Below, piece after piece: positions 1 through 9,236 of a stretch of DNA of 64,000 bases. Under the pieces are notes generated by a model. The model was not told the origin of the DNA and searched no databases. It was given only the letters and a program-made list of their open reading frames with translations. Both the position numbers and the translations under genes were made by a program. The stretch comes from a virus. The stretch covers positions 9,143 to 73,142 of the IMG/VR virus record IMGVR_UViG_3300006735_000027; one strand, written 5' to 3'. The first letter of the stretch is position 1. The number at the start of each line of letters is the position of its first letter.

Positions 1-2
1 AG

Positions 3-173
3 CGGAAGATTCGACGCCTCATGGAAGCGCTCTTTACGGCCTACCTGACCGAGCAATGGGAGACCAAGCCCAGCCAAAATAAATGCGCTTGGTGCAACTT
101 CAAGTCGATTTGCCCCTCATGGGAGGGTAGCGACAACCCACAAGAATACCGAGACAACTACGCGGAGGCCTGA
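3..173 (+). CDS. C-terminal fragment of a Cas4-like/PD-(D/E)XK Fe-S nuclease (5' truncated by window edge; not in ORF track)
   Basis: Manual translation gives RKIRRLMEALFTAYLTEQWETKPSQNKCAWCNFKSICPSW...*. The P-x4-CxxC-x5-C motif matches the C-terminal Fe-S ligands of Cas4/AddB nucleases. Confidence 0.7.
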   Translation, partial: RKIRRLMEALFTAYLTEQWETKPSQNKCAWCNFKSICPSWEGSDNPQEYRDNYAEA

Positions 174-175
174 AG

Positions 176-445
176 ATGCAAACACCCACCAAACAAGACA
201 TGAGAACGCTGACCATGGTCATGGAGCGACTGCTACATCCCATCATTGGTCGACCCGTCCACGTGTCGTTCGCCTTGCTCGGAGATGTCCCTTTCACCAC
301 TGCGGTGCAGACTTCACTGTATGAATTCGACGAGAGTCAGACCGGTCCCAAGGGGCCGATGTACATCACCCTGAACGCCTTGCTCGTCCACGATGTTGAG
401 GAACTGCTGGAAGTGCTGGAGAGAATCATCGACGCAGGACAGTGA
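176..445 (+). CDS. Hypothetical protein (89 aa)
   Basis: The ORF fills the gap between the Cas4-like stop (173) and the primase start (450). Confidence 0.7.
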   Translation: MQTPTKQDMRTLTMVMERLLHPIIGRPVHVSFALLGDVPFTTAVQTSLYEFDESQTGPKGPMYITLNALLVHDVEELLEVLERIIDAGQ

Positions 446-449
446 ACGC

Positions 450-1565
450 ATGCAACTGGTCTTCGATTATCCGAGAGAGGTCATGGAACTCGGGGCAGAG
501 AAGGGTAGAGGTTATCGTAAAATTGTGCGTAGCAATACGGACTTGGAGCGATATTGGGAAGGGAAGAATGGTGTGTCCAACGCTTACATGACTGTGTACG
601 GCTATCGGGCTACCGTTCCGCCGTTCAACAAGCGCGTGGACCTGATAACGCCGATTGTCCGACATTTCGTCATGGACTTCGACCCGAAGGATTTCCGTCA
701 AAGGGGCTCACCTGACGTCAGCCCTGAGAAGGCTCTGCATCAGACGCAGCGCCTTCACCATCATCTGCTGTCTGAAGACATCTCTCACGGCGTCTGGTAC
801 AGTGGCGGAGGCTTCCACGTCTGGGTGGCCCTCGACAAGCCCTACATGCCGTCGAGCGGCGGTCACCTGTCCGACGTCAAGGAAGCAGGGATGCGCGTGG
901 TCAACGAATGGATTCACGACATGAACTTGTTCTGCTCTGACCCTGCTGTTCCGTTCGATACCAGCGGTATGATTCGCATTCCAAACTCGTACAACTCCAA
1001 GCGCGGGCTGTGGTCTATTCCCCTGAGTTCCAAGGACTTGGAGGAAGGTCTCGACTACATCATGCTCAAGGCGCTTGATGCCCACTCTGGTATGATTCCC
1101 TATGGTTCAAAGGGCCTCGCGCTGGACGTCAAGCGCACCAAAGCCAAGCGTGCTGTCTTCGACCCCAACGCCGCTCCTATCGACTTGCCCACGGCCTCGA
1201 TGGATGGCGTCATCATTCTCCCCTGCCTTAACTCGGCCGCGTGTCGTGTCGGCAGCAACCCCAGCCATGACGCTCGCGTCCAGTTGGTCAAATACCTCTC
1301 CAAGCGCTTGCGCAATTTCATTCCCGTTCAGCGTATCGACCGCGAAAAGTTGGAAGAACATACCGAAACCATTGTCGACTACATCCAACGGCTCGACTGG
1401 GCTGACTTCAACGAGCGAACTACTCGATACCAAGTAGGTACTATCGTAGGTACGGAATATCCTCAAACGTGCTCAATGCTTCACAAGAAGGGTATGTGCC
1501 TTGGGAAGTGCAGGTATTGGGACAAGACTGGTGCGATTGACGAAGAGGTGACCGCTGATGAGTGA
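450..1565 (+). CDS. priS: Archaeo-eukaryotic primase: PriS catalytic domain fused to a PriL-like Fe-S C-terminal domain
   Basis: AEP motifs are VMDFD (I), SGGGFHVW (II) and DTSGMIRIPNSYNSK (III). The C-terminal LPCL...HDARVQL...YPQTC..LHKKGMCLGKC has four Cys as in the PriL C-terminal domain. The start is placed at ATG 450, after the upstream stop. Confidence 0.88.
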   Translation: MQLVFDYPREVMELGAEKGRGYRKIVRSNTDLERYWEGKNGVSNAYMTVYGYRATVPPFNKRVDLITPIVRHFVMDFDPKDFRQRGSPDVSPEKALHQTQRLHHHLLSEDISHGVWYSGGGFHVWVALDKPYMPSSGGHLSDVKEAGMRVVNEWIHDMNLFCSDPAVPFDTSGMIRIPNSYNSKRGLWSIPLSSKDLEEGLDYIMLKALDAHSGMIPYGSKGLALDVKRTKAKRAVFDPNAAPIDLPTASMDGVIILPCLNSAACRVGSNPSHDARVQLVKYLSKRLRNFIPVQRIDREKLEEHTETIVDYIQRLDWADFNERTTRYQVGTIVGTEYPQTCSMLHKKGMCLGKCRYWDKTGAIDEEVTADE

Positions 1566-1800
1566 GAGTTACGCGATGGTCGAGTGGACTGGTCGACGTA
1601 AGGGCACCAAGCCCCATCATCTCGTTCCTAAGCGTAGGGATGGCTCAGTCCGAAAGGGCGATATGTCGTTCTGCGGCATGGTCGGCGTTGGCGACAGCGA
1701 CTGGACTGTCGTTAATAATCCAGAAAACCGAGCATGTCGAAGATGCGTCCGGTTCTCCAAGCGGTACGAGAGTATGAAATCGAGGAGGAAGATGAAGTGA
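1558..1800 (+). CDS. Small basic putative Zn-binding protein
   Basis: It has an H...FCG...CRRC pattern, a GAGGTGA RBS, and overlaps both neighbours. Confidence 0.65.
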   Translation: MSESYAMVEWTGRRKGTKPHHLVPKRRDGSVRKGDMSFCGMVGVGDSDWTVVNNPENRACRRCVRFSKRYESMKSRRKMK

Positions 1801-2528
1801 AGCGAGGTCCTCTGGTCATCGACTCTAACGAGCGTGGCCCTCTCCACGATGCCGTGGTGCGTGCCGCAGCACGTGAGGGCTTCGATGTCGTCAAAGAGCA
1901 CCTTCAGGGTATGGGCGACTATAAGGCAGGTAACGCCAACATCGAATGCAAGAGCCTGCCCGACCTACTCTCTTCATCCTACAGCGGCCACCTGATGCGT
2001 CAAATCGAAAACCTCGATGCCAACTGCGAGCGCGTGTTCCTCGTCGTCCACGGCGACGTAGCCAAATACGTGGCCATGTCCAAGCGACAGGGCCGCAAGA
2101 CTTCATTTTCCAAGGTGATGAACCAGATGCTGGGCCTATTCGCACGCCTCTCGGCAGACTTTGACTGCCACATCTACCGCGCCAAAGACCACACTGAGGC
2201 AGCCATGTTCATTGCCAAACTGCACAGCAAGATGCACAAGCCCGCCAGTCGACACGGCGCGCGGGCCGTCACAAGGACCAGCACGAACGACGTGCGGGCC
2301 GATATGCTCATTACCGTCCCCGGTTTCGGACCGGAGTTGGTCAACAAGACTCTGGAGGCATGCGGGTCAATTGAAGAGATGCTGTACCCGGAGTCATTGA
2401 AGCAAGTAAGAGGAATGGGAACCACGCTACGCAAGCGATTGCTCGACGTTTTGACGTCAGAAGAGCCTGTGCGCGTCCAGAAAACTTACGGGAGAGGAGG
2501 AAACGAACATGATGGAGCACAGGGCTGA
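1797..2528 (+). CDS. ERCC4/XPF-family structure-specific endonuclease with tandem HhH motifs
   Basis: Motifs are VIDSNE, GDY and IECKSLPDL (GDxnERKx3D-like), with HhH motifs VPGFGP and VRGMG. The GTG start at 1797 overlaps the upstream TGA and follows GAGGAGG. Confidence 0.88.
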   Translation: MKRGPLVIDSNERGPLHDAVVRAAAREGFDVVKEHLQGMGDYKAGNANIECKSLPDLLSSSYSGHLMRQIENLDANCERVFLVVHGDVAKYVAMSKRQGRKTSFSKVMNQMLGLFARLSADFDCHIYRAKDHTEAAMFIAKLHSKMHKPASRHGARAVTRTSTNDVRADMLITVPGFGPELVNKTLEACGSIEEMLYPESLKQVRGMGTTLRKRLLDVLTSEEPVRVQKTYGRGGNEHDGAQG

Positions 2529-3933
2529 AAACTACGAATGCGTGAAACAATACCCGGTGCTGCGAGGCTACTTGGAACACTTCAATCAGTACAGCCGGAA
2601 CAATGAGATTCCGGGCTTGCTGTCGTTCTTTTTCATCCTCGGGCAAGCGGCTGTACCCTACGTCCGCATCCCCGTGGGTGGAAGCAACCTCGACCCCCGC
2701 GTCAGCATGTTCTGGATTCAAGACACGCGGACAGGAAAGTCAGCCGCATATCAGGTCATTGAGCAGGTCCTCAACGAGGCAAACATGCGCAGTGAGGACT
2801 ACAACTCCGGCAACGACGCTGCTTTGGTCGGTACACTCGTACCTGACCCAGACTCAGAAGACCGTCGCAACCCGGACATGATTGTTCGTCCCGGCCTCCT
2901 CGCAGGTCGCAAGGGACTGAACTTCGACGAAGGGAGCGTCGTACTCAAGACCGGGCAGCACAACGAGAACACTACGCTGTTCCTTCAGTCTGCTCTCAAC
3001 GCGGCAGGGACCGGTCGGAACATCCTGACCAAGCACATGGCCCGCGACACCTTCAGCGTCAAGTCTGAGGTGTCTCTGTGGATTACGACTTACCCGCCAA
3101 AGGGTATCAAAGAACACGTCCTCGACAAGGGCATTTTCCAGCGCGTGCTGACCTACTGGCGCCATTGGACGCTGGATATGAAGCGCACCATCAACCACGA
3201 ACTGGCCGAAGCCGTGCACCATAAGCCTGAGTTTGAGGTGCCGTTCGACAACGTGGTCGACTTCTTCAAAGAGGCTCAGAAGCGGCTCAAGCGACGCGTG
3301 CAAGAACTGGCAGATATCCCTCCGATGGAGTGGGACGACATGCGCGAGGACGACCAAGAAGCCGTTGTGATGAGTCTCATGCACCGCATGTTCACGGTTG
3401 ACGAGTCCTACATCCCGGCCCTGATGTCGGCAATTGACGAATACTATTCCATCGTCGAGCCACTGGGGCCAGACAAGCAGGGCATCTGTTCGTCCTTTAT
3501 CATGGGGCTTCAGAACTACACCAACGTACTGGCTCACCACATGGCCATGGTCGAAGGTGTCTGGGTAGTCACCGGAGACCACATCGACATGGCACGAGAA
3601 ATCCTGTTTGACCTGTATGGCAACTTGATTCAGTGGCTTGAGTCGGAAATCAACATTGGGGCGGGTAACGCTGAGAAGAAGAAGATGCAGGGTCTATGGC
3701 GCAAAGCATTCAACCAGTGCGAAGTGTTTGACTTCGACGACGCGCGTGGGCAAGGATGGGCGAAAAAGAAGGACATGCTGTCTACTTTTGGCCGATTGGC
3801 GAACTACGCCAGCCGTGGCACCATCAACTCCAAGTTCAACGAGTACGCAGGTCCGATGTTCCAAGATACGCGCGAAGGTGTCGGCATTTACGTCCGCCTG
3901 CGCGCAGAACACCGAAAGGGGAAGGAGGCATGA
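2509..3933 (+). CDS. Divergent MCM-like AAA+ ATPase, probable replicative helicase
   Basis: It has Walker A-like QDTRTGKS, AALVG, RPGLL, Walker B LNFDEG, sensor ITTYP and Arg finger FQRVL. The layout follows the MCM AAA+ core. Confidence 0.72.
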   Translation: MMEHRAENYECVKQYPVLRGYLEHFNQYSRNNEIPGLLSFFFILGQAAVPYVRIPVGGSNLDPRVSMFWIQDTRTGKSAAYQVIEQVLNEANMRSEDYNSGNDAALVGTLVPDPDSEDRRNPDMIVRPGLLAGRKGLNFDEGSVVLKTGQHNENTTLFLQSALNAAGTGRNILTKHMARDTFSVKSEVSLWITTYPPKGIKEHVLDKGIFQRVLTYWRHWTLDMKRTINHELAEAVHHKPEFEVPFDNVVDFFKEAQKRLKRRVQELADIPPMEWDDMREDDQEAVVMSLMHRMFTVDESYIPALMSAIDEYYSIVEPLGPDKQGICSSFIMGLQNYTNVLAHHMAMVEGVWVVTGDHIDMAREILFDLYGNLIQWLESEINIGAGNAEKKKMQGLWRKAFNQCEVFDFDDARGQGWAKKKDMLSTFGRLANYASRGTINSKFNEYAGPMFQDTREGVGIYVRLRAEHRKGKEA

Positions 3934-4091
3934 CGTTTTGGTGTACCGAATGCGTTATGTGCGACACGCCCGTGGGTGCGGATATAGGTGGCTGGATTCT
4001 CGGCAAACACCACGGAAAGGAGGTTGCGTTGTGCGATTGGTGCCATCACTGCATGGAGGTATGCTTCAATGAGAAAAATGCTGGCTCTTGA
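3930..4091 (+). CDS. Small Cys-rich Zn-finger protein (53 aa)
   Basis: The sequence reads MTFWCTECVMCD...CDWCHHC. It has an ATGA overlap with the helicase stop and a GGAGG RBS. Confidence 0.65.
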   Translation: MTFWCTECVMCDTPVGADIGGWILGKHHGKEVALCDWCHHCMEVCFNEKNAGS

Positions 4092-4677
4092 TATCGAGAC
4101 TGGAAACTACTCGCATGAAATCGGTGGCTGGGGGCAAACGCACCTGTTCGAGCCCACTGTCGTTGCGACGTGGGACGGCGACAATGGCGTAGTCTACACC
4201 AACGAAGCGGTGTCCAAGCATTTGCCCGAGGGCACGGTCGTCAAGAAGTTGCACCCCAAGGTCATTGGCGAGGACCTCGCCAAGCACGTGTCCGAGGGCG
4301 GTCTCGTCTTGGGTCACAACCTAAAGAAGTTCGACCTTCCCATCATCCGCGACGCACTGGACTGCTGGACGGCAGGCGAAATTCTCACCAAGTCAGACGA
4401 GCAGGTGTTCGATACGTCTGCGCTCTTGCGTTCCATAACAGGGCACGCTGTGCCGCTGTCCGACGCCTGTCTGCACACGCTGCAGAAGGGGAAACTGATG
4501 ACCAGTCACGACGCGCCCATCGAATGGCGCAAGGGTAACTATGGCAAGGTCGCCGAATACTGCCTGAAAGACGCTGAACTCACCTACGAACTGTGGAAGC
4601 ACGGGATGGAAGAGGGCTTCGTAAAGGCCCGCTGCCGTCACACCGGCGAAGTGAAGGAGTTCGAGGTTGACTGGTGA
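4069..4677 (+). CDS. DEDD 3'-5' exonuclease (RNase H-like, YprB/RNase_H_2-type)
   Basis: Motifs are ExoI LDIET, ExoII GHNLKKFD and ExoIII YCLKD. A GGAGG precedes ATG 4069. Confidence 0.85.
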   Translation: MRKMLALDIETGNYSHEIGGWGQTHLFEPTVVATWDGDNGVVYTNEAVSKHLPEGTVVKKLHPKVIGEDLAKHVSEGGLVLGHNLKKFDLPIIRDALDCWTAGEILTKSDEQVFDTSALLRSITGHAVPLSDACLHTLQKGKLMTSHDAPIEWRKGNYGKVAEYCLKDAELTYELWKHGMEEGFVKARCRHTGEVKEFEVDW

Positions 4678-4692
4678 TGAAGAGGGAATGCC

Positions 4693-6183
4693 ATGAATGA
4701 AAACGAAGCAAACACAAGTGCAGTTGTCCACAACATCCGAGCCGCAAAACGCGCGGTCTCGACCGTCAAGACGACGTTGGGGCCGATGGGAATGGACAAG
4801 ATGATGGTCGACGGCGGCGGAAACGTCATCGTCACCAACGACGGAGCCACCATCCTCCAGCAACTGGACATCACACATCCGGCAGCCAAGATGGTCGTCG
4901 AGGCGGCCAACACGCAGGAAGACATGTGCTACGACGGAACGACAAGCACGGTCGTGCTTGCAGGTGAACTGTTGGGCAACAGCGAACTGCTGTTCAGCAA
5001 GGGTCTGCACGCCAACATCATTTGTCGTGGCTACCGTAAGGCAGCCAAGTGGGCCACAGAGCACTTCGAGACTCTGACCGTCGACGCTCCTCTGTCCAAA
5101 GTGGCACGCACGTCCATCACCGGTAAGGCGTTGGAGTCCAGCATGGAGCACGTCAGCGAACTGTGCGTGACTGCTGCAGAGAACGCCAATGGTGATTACT
5201 CGCGCGTTCGCGTGCTGTCCCAGCCGGGCGGCTCACTCGATGACTCGTACTGTTTCCCCGGCGTCGTACTCCACAAGGAGTTCATGCTCCCGGCGATGCC
5301 TGATGAGCCTGCGCCCAAGGTGCTGCTCATCAACACTGGGCTCGGTGAGGGTAAGAAGGACGACAACGTCCAACTCAGCCTGTCCTCAGCGCAGGAATAC
5401 ACCCAGTATCGCAAGCAGTCCAGCCGCGATGAGTGGGTCGAAAAGGCCCAAGCCATCGTGAGCGTGTTGCCCGACGGCGGCACCGTGTTCTGCAGGGACA
5501 CCGTGAACGAGGTCGTAGCGGCCAGTCTGGCCCGTCACAACATCGCCGTGGTCCACCGTGTCCCAGAGAGCGACATGACTGCCCTGTCCCGCCTTCTCGA
5601 CGCCAGCGTCGGTCACAGCGTCGAAGACATCACCGTGGCGTCGGACGGCGACGTGACGTGCCAGACCATTGGCGACATGCGCTACGTGGTCGTCAAGGGC
5701 GAAGGCGAAGTGACCACACTCGTTCTTCGCGGTGCAACGCGACAGACCCTCGACGAGACTGAGCGCGGCTTCGAGGACGCCCTCGGTGTCGTTTGTCTCG
5801 CTCACAACAGCGGTCAATCCGTGGCCGGGGGTGGCTCAGCCTACCTCAACGCAGCGCTTCATCTCCGCTCTCGTGCGGCCGAAGCCGGTGGACGTGAGCA
5901 GATGGCCATCGAAGCCTTTGCGGAGGCGCTGGAAAGCATCCCTTCCACCATTGCGGAGAACGCGGGTCACAACCCACTCGACACCGTTCTGGCACTGCGC
6001 AACGAGCACATGCAAGGCAACAGCGACGCTGGACCCGACATCGAAGGTGGCGGTGCCTGCTCCATGGTCGAGCAAGGCGTGTTCGAGCCGCTCGACTTGG
6101 TCCGCCAAGCCGTTCAGTCGGCCAGCGAGGTCACCATCAGCATCCTGCGCATCGACGACATCATCGGCAAGCGTGGCGAGTGA
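4693..6183 (+). CDS. ths: Group II chaperonin (thermosome subunit)
   Basis: Motifs are TLGPMGMDKM, VTNDGATIL, YDGTTS (GDGTT variant), TLVLRG, GGGSA, IAENAG and ILRIDD. Confidence 0.97.
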   Translation: MNENEANTSAVVHNIRAAKRAVSTVKTTLGPMGMDKMMVDGGGNVIVTNDGATILQQLDITHPAAKMVVEAANTQEDMCYDGTTSTVVLAGELLGNSELLFSKGLHANIICRGYRKAAKWATEHFETLTVDAPLSKVARTSITGKALESSMEHVSELCVTAAENANGDYSRVRVLSQPGGSLDDSYCFPGVVLHKEFMLPAMPDEPAPKVLLINTGLGEGKKDDNVQLSLSSAQEYTQYRKQSSRDEWVEKAQAIVSVLPDGGTVFCRDTVNEVVAASLARHNIAVVHRVPESDMTALSRLLDASVGHSVEDITVASDGDVTCQTIGDMRYVVVKGEGEVTTLVLRGATRQTLDETERGFEDALGVVCLAHNSGQSVAGGGSAYLNAALHLRSRAAEAGGREQMAIEAFAEALESIPSTIAENAGHNPLDTVLALRNEHMQGNSDAGPDIEGGGACSMVEQGVFEPLDLVRQAVQSASEVTISILRIDDIIGKRGE

Positions 6184-6190
6184 CGCATAA

Positions 6191-6445
6191 TCATCGCATT
6201 TTCTCAGCCCTACGCTTGAGAAAGGTGGAGAATCGGCCACCGGCTCGCCTTGAGACAGGCTCAGCCCTACGCTTGCGGACGCCCTTGAAGCCCAACTGAC
6301 CGTGAAATCGGGTGTAGGAGCAGAAAGGACACTCGTGCAGCACGACAGGCTCACCACTGATGTAGCGCCCTGAGATGCTGCGCGGGAGCATAATGCGGTT
6401 GCAGTTCTCGCACTGCTCTTTCAGCAGGTCGATGAAGCGGCCCAT
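6191..6445 (-). CDS. Small basic Zn-ribbon protein (84 aa)
   Basis: It has CENC...CPFC and a basic C-terminus. The start at 6445 is coupled by TAATG to the upstream 58-aa ORF. Confidence 0.7.
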   Translation of the reverse strand: MGRFIDLLKEQCENCNRIMLPRSISGRYISGEPVVLHECPFCSYTRFHGQLGFKGVRKRRAEPVSRRAGGRFSTFLKRRAEKMR

Positions 6446-6621
6446 TAAGCAGCCATCCAAGTCTGCACCTGCGCAAGCGTGGGTGCGGAGCCAAAGCCCG
6501 ACGGAGGCCATTGGTCGGCATGATATGTCTGCCCTGATGAGGACGATGTGACTACCGCGTACTCAGCAAAGTCAAGCGTAGGGTATTGACCTTGAATGGC
6601 CTCTTGCATCGTTTTGCTCAT
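6445..6621 (-). CDS. 58-aa XkdW-like tail-fibre accessory/chaperone protein (not in ORF track)
   Basis: Manual translation gives MSKTMQEAIQGQYPTLDFAEYAVVTSSSSGQTYHADQWPPSGFGSAPTLAQVQTWMAA*. It overlaps the fibre stop by TGATG and the next gene by TAATG, and shows an AI..YP...W...PT..Q pattern. Confidence 0.65.
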   Translation of the reverse strand: MSKTMQEAIQGQYPTLDFAEYAVVTSSSSGQTYHADQWPPSGFGSAPTLAQVQTWMAA

Positions 6622-9236
6622 CAGGAATCACCAATCCTTCGCACGGCCCATCGACAGTATTCTCCACCGCGTAGTTGCTGAGTACCACTATTACCAGTAT
6701 CATCTTCTTTGCGAACGAAGAAGTAAATTTCAACGTAGTCTGAATCAGCCAAGACAATTTCCGTCGAAACCGGCGCGGTCTTCGCGGAAGGGCTTCCAAC
6801 AGTCGCAGTTCCTTGCCTCACCACAACAGAACCATTGACGTAAATGGCAACGTGAAGTTGATATGGGCTTGTGGCGACTGATGGAAGCGTCGAGTTTGAA
6901 GCCACCCAGCCAACCTGTGCGTGAATGGAGTACAACCCGCCTTGTCCTGAACCCACAGTGAACTTTTCACCGTCCGTGGCGCTGTCCAACGTAAGCGTCT
7001 CGTTGTTGATGATGTCCCAATACTCGACTTTATGCCACGTTCCTGCCGTGTGACCTGAATCGTTGGTATTGGAGCCGACCTTAGCGGTGAAGTAGAGGGG
7101 GTCGGGGCTGCCAAGGTCGGCGATGGCTTGGGTGGTCACCGTCTTCAGATTGTCTGAGTCGTTGGTGTCTTGAATGAGCACTTTGTCGTCCGTAGCAACA
7201 GTTGCTCCAGTCAGCGATGCCCCGCTGATTGCTGACGCGACGTTGGTTGCGTCCGTCACGTCCGCGCTTGCTTCGATGGCGTCGAGTTTGGTCTTGTCCG
7301 CGCCGGACATCGAGCCTGCTGCACTCGTTGTGGCCGCGCTGATGCCGATTGTGCCTGACCCTGTGATGGTGCCGCCGGTGATGGGTGCCGTCGTAGCGAC
7401 ACTCGTGACTGTACCTGCGTTTGCAGTCGCACCATCCGCTACGTTCAAATCACCCCTCATCTCAGCAGCAGTTCGACCTTCGACGGATGTTCCGTCGATT
7501 TTCAAGAAGTCATTGTCTGCTACTGCTGCGTTGGCGACCAGCACATTCCCGTTGGAAACGCCACCAGTCAGCCCCTTCACAAACGCAAGATTGGTCACCT
7601 CGCTGTCCATCAGCGCACCTGCGGCGGTCACATTGGTTGCATCAGTTACATCTGCATTTGCCTCAATGCCGCTCAATTTGCTGCGCTCGGAACCAGTGAT
7701 GATGGCACCAGAGCCAACGTTGCTCACGTCGCTCAGTTCAGTGACGCTGTCCGTGGCATGAATGACCTTCTTGTCGGTCCCTGCATCGTCTGTGAAATAC
7801 AGTCGGTTCGGAGCGTCGTTCTTGACCCAGAGCAGGCCCTTTCCAGCAGCAGTGCTGTGACCAGTGCCCGCTACGTTCGCTTTCTCGTCAATGACCAGTC
7901 CAGTAGGGTCAATGAGTCCAGTGACGGTAAGTTTGCCATCTACCGTCAGCGTTGAAGAGCCGCTGGCCCATGCTAACTTCGTGTCGCTCGTGAAGCCACC
8001 AGAGCCATTCGATAACTGCACAAGGCCAGTCGCGCCGCTGGAAGAAGGGAAACTGGACGGAGCGGCGATAACCTGATGCCAGTTGTCCCCATCGTACACA
8101 AATCGAGCAGATTCCCCTGATGCAATGTTGACGTTGATGGGCGTGCTGCTGTGCCCTCCACTGGTGGAGTCGAAATGTAGGTTGTGCGCACCTGCCTTGT
8201 GGAAGATGTCCACGACGTGACCGGCGGAGAAAACTCCTGTCGGATTGATGGTTCGCGCGGCATCGGTCGTGATGACCCAGATATTGGCTTCGTCGAACGT
8301 GAACGTGACGTTGCCTGATGTAGTGATGACTTCCAACCTGTCTGGACCAAGCACGTAGGTGCCAGTCACAGGCGTGGTGTTGAGATTCTTCGGTAAGGCC
8401 GTTAGGATGACTCCGTGCTTGGCACCAGCAACGTCCTCCCGGTGCGTCTGCCAGATGGCTCCGAACGTGCTTCCAGTAAGGTCGCCTTCTTCTGGCGATG
8501 CAAAGAAAGAGTCTGGGTTAGTCAGTGCATTGGCGGCATCGACGTTCCCAATGGCACCCTTGGTCATCGGCGTCAGATAAAGCGGCGACTTGCGCAAGAA
8601 CGTGCGTCGGTCGTGGATGACTGGGCTGCCGAGGCTGGCAGTCACGTTGGCCGCTCCTCCCGACATCGTGTAGCGAATGACTCCGAGCACGGTGGTCTGA
8701 TGATTCAAGTCAGTATTACCTGTGACGCTCGGGCTGGAAAGGAACCGGTTGGGGAGCAGCGGTGTTCCACTCGTCGCCGCAGCAGGCGTACCCATCTCGT
8801 ACATCAGATGTGCTTCTGGGGTGCTCCTACCGACAAGGTACACGACGACAAAGACGTCGCTGTTACTGCCCGGAACGCTGGGCAAATCACCGCTGTGACT
8901 TGCGCCGCCTCCAGTGGTGCCAACGATGAACGTCTCGTGCGAGCCCGGACCGTTGGCGAACTTATACAGGACGCCGTCGAGGGTGCAAAAGCCACCGTAG
9001 ACCTTGACCTCGCCCTGAGACGAGCCAATCTGGATGAAACCGGGCGTGTTGGCGACCACGCTGTTGCGCAGCGAGTCACCTTTGGCACCGTCGCCGAGGC
9101 GCATGATACCGTTACCGTGCAGGCCTTCGTACAGATTCGTCAGGCTCGGACTGGTCAGTCCGTCGCCATCTCGTAGACCCTGTGCATCAGAGCCCATGCC
9201 AGTTGCGCTGGTGTGTCCTGCTGTTGGATTGGTCAA
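6621..9236 (-). CDS. Tail fibre / receptor-binding protein with C-terminal C1q/TNF-like domain
   Basis: It has a Gly/Thr/Ser-rich shaft, repeated KLxxIEAxADVTDATNV units and a C-terminal C1q-like pattern (FTV...GLYSIHAQV...IYVNG...LADSDYVEIY). It is the last large gene of the tail module. Confidence 0.8.
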   Translation of the reverse strand: MTNPTAGHTSATGMGSDAQGLRDGDGLTSPSLTNLYEGLHGNGIMRLGDGAKGDSLRNSVVANTPGFIQIGSSQGEVKVYGGFCTLDGVLYKFANGPGSHETFIVGTTGGGASHSGDLPSVPGSNSDVFVVVYLVGRSTPEAHLMYEMGTPAAATSGTPLLPNRFLSSPSVTGNTDLNHQTTVLGVIRYTMSGGAANVTASLGSPVIHDRRTFLRKSPLYLTPMTKGAIGNVDAANALTNPDSFFASPEEGDLTGSTFGAIWQTHREDVAGAKHGVILTALPKNLNTTPVTGTYVLGPDRLEVITTSGNVTFTFDEANIWVITTDAARTINPTGVFSAGHVVDIFHKAGAHNLHFDSTSGGHSSTPINVNIASGESARFVYDGDNWHQVIAAPSSFPSSSGATGLVQLSNGSGGFTSDTKLAWASGSSTLTVDGKLTVTGLIDPTGLVIDEKANVAGTGHSTAAGKGLLWVKNDAPNRLYFTDDAGTDKKVIHATDSVTELSDVSNVGSGAIITGSERSKLSGIEANADVTDATNVTAAGALMDSEVTNLAFVKGLTGGVSNGNVLVANAAVADNDFLKIDGTSVEGRTAAEMRGDLNVADGATANAGTVTSVATTAPITGGTITGSGTIGISAATTSAAGSMSGADKTKLDAIEASADVTDATNVASAISGASLTGATVATDDKVLIQDTNDSDNLKTVTTQAIADLGSPDPLYFTAKVGSNTNDSGHTAGTWHKVEYWDIINNETLTLDSATDGEKFTVGSGQGGLYSIHAQVGWVASNSTLPSVATSPYQLHVAIYVNGSVVVRQGTATVGSPSAKTAPVSTEIVLADSDYVEIYFFVRKEDDTGNSGTQQLRGGEYCRWAVRRIGDS

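Noticed and set aside
1-173. Cas4-like fragment as evidence of a CRISPR-Cas locus
   Set aside because: I saw no repeat-spacer array or other cas genes. Solo Cas4-like nucleases are common in archaeal virus replication blocks.
393-4068. Longest-ORF starts in the track (393, 1734, 3756, 3988; also 6511, 48138, 49816, 58714, 62689, 63637)
   Set aside because: They overlap upstream genes extensively. Downstream starts with an RBS or stop-start coupling were used instead.
6621-7100. Diversity-generating retroelement target at the fibre tip
   Set aside because: I saw no reverse transcriptase and no template/variable repeat pair differing at adenines in this window.
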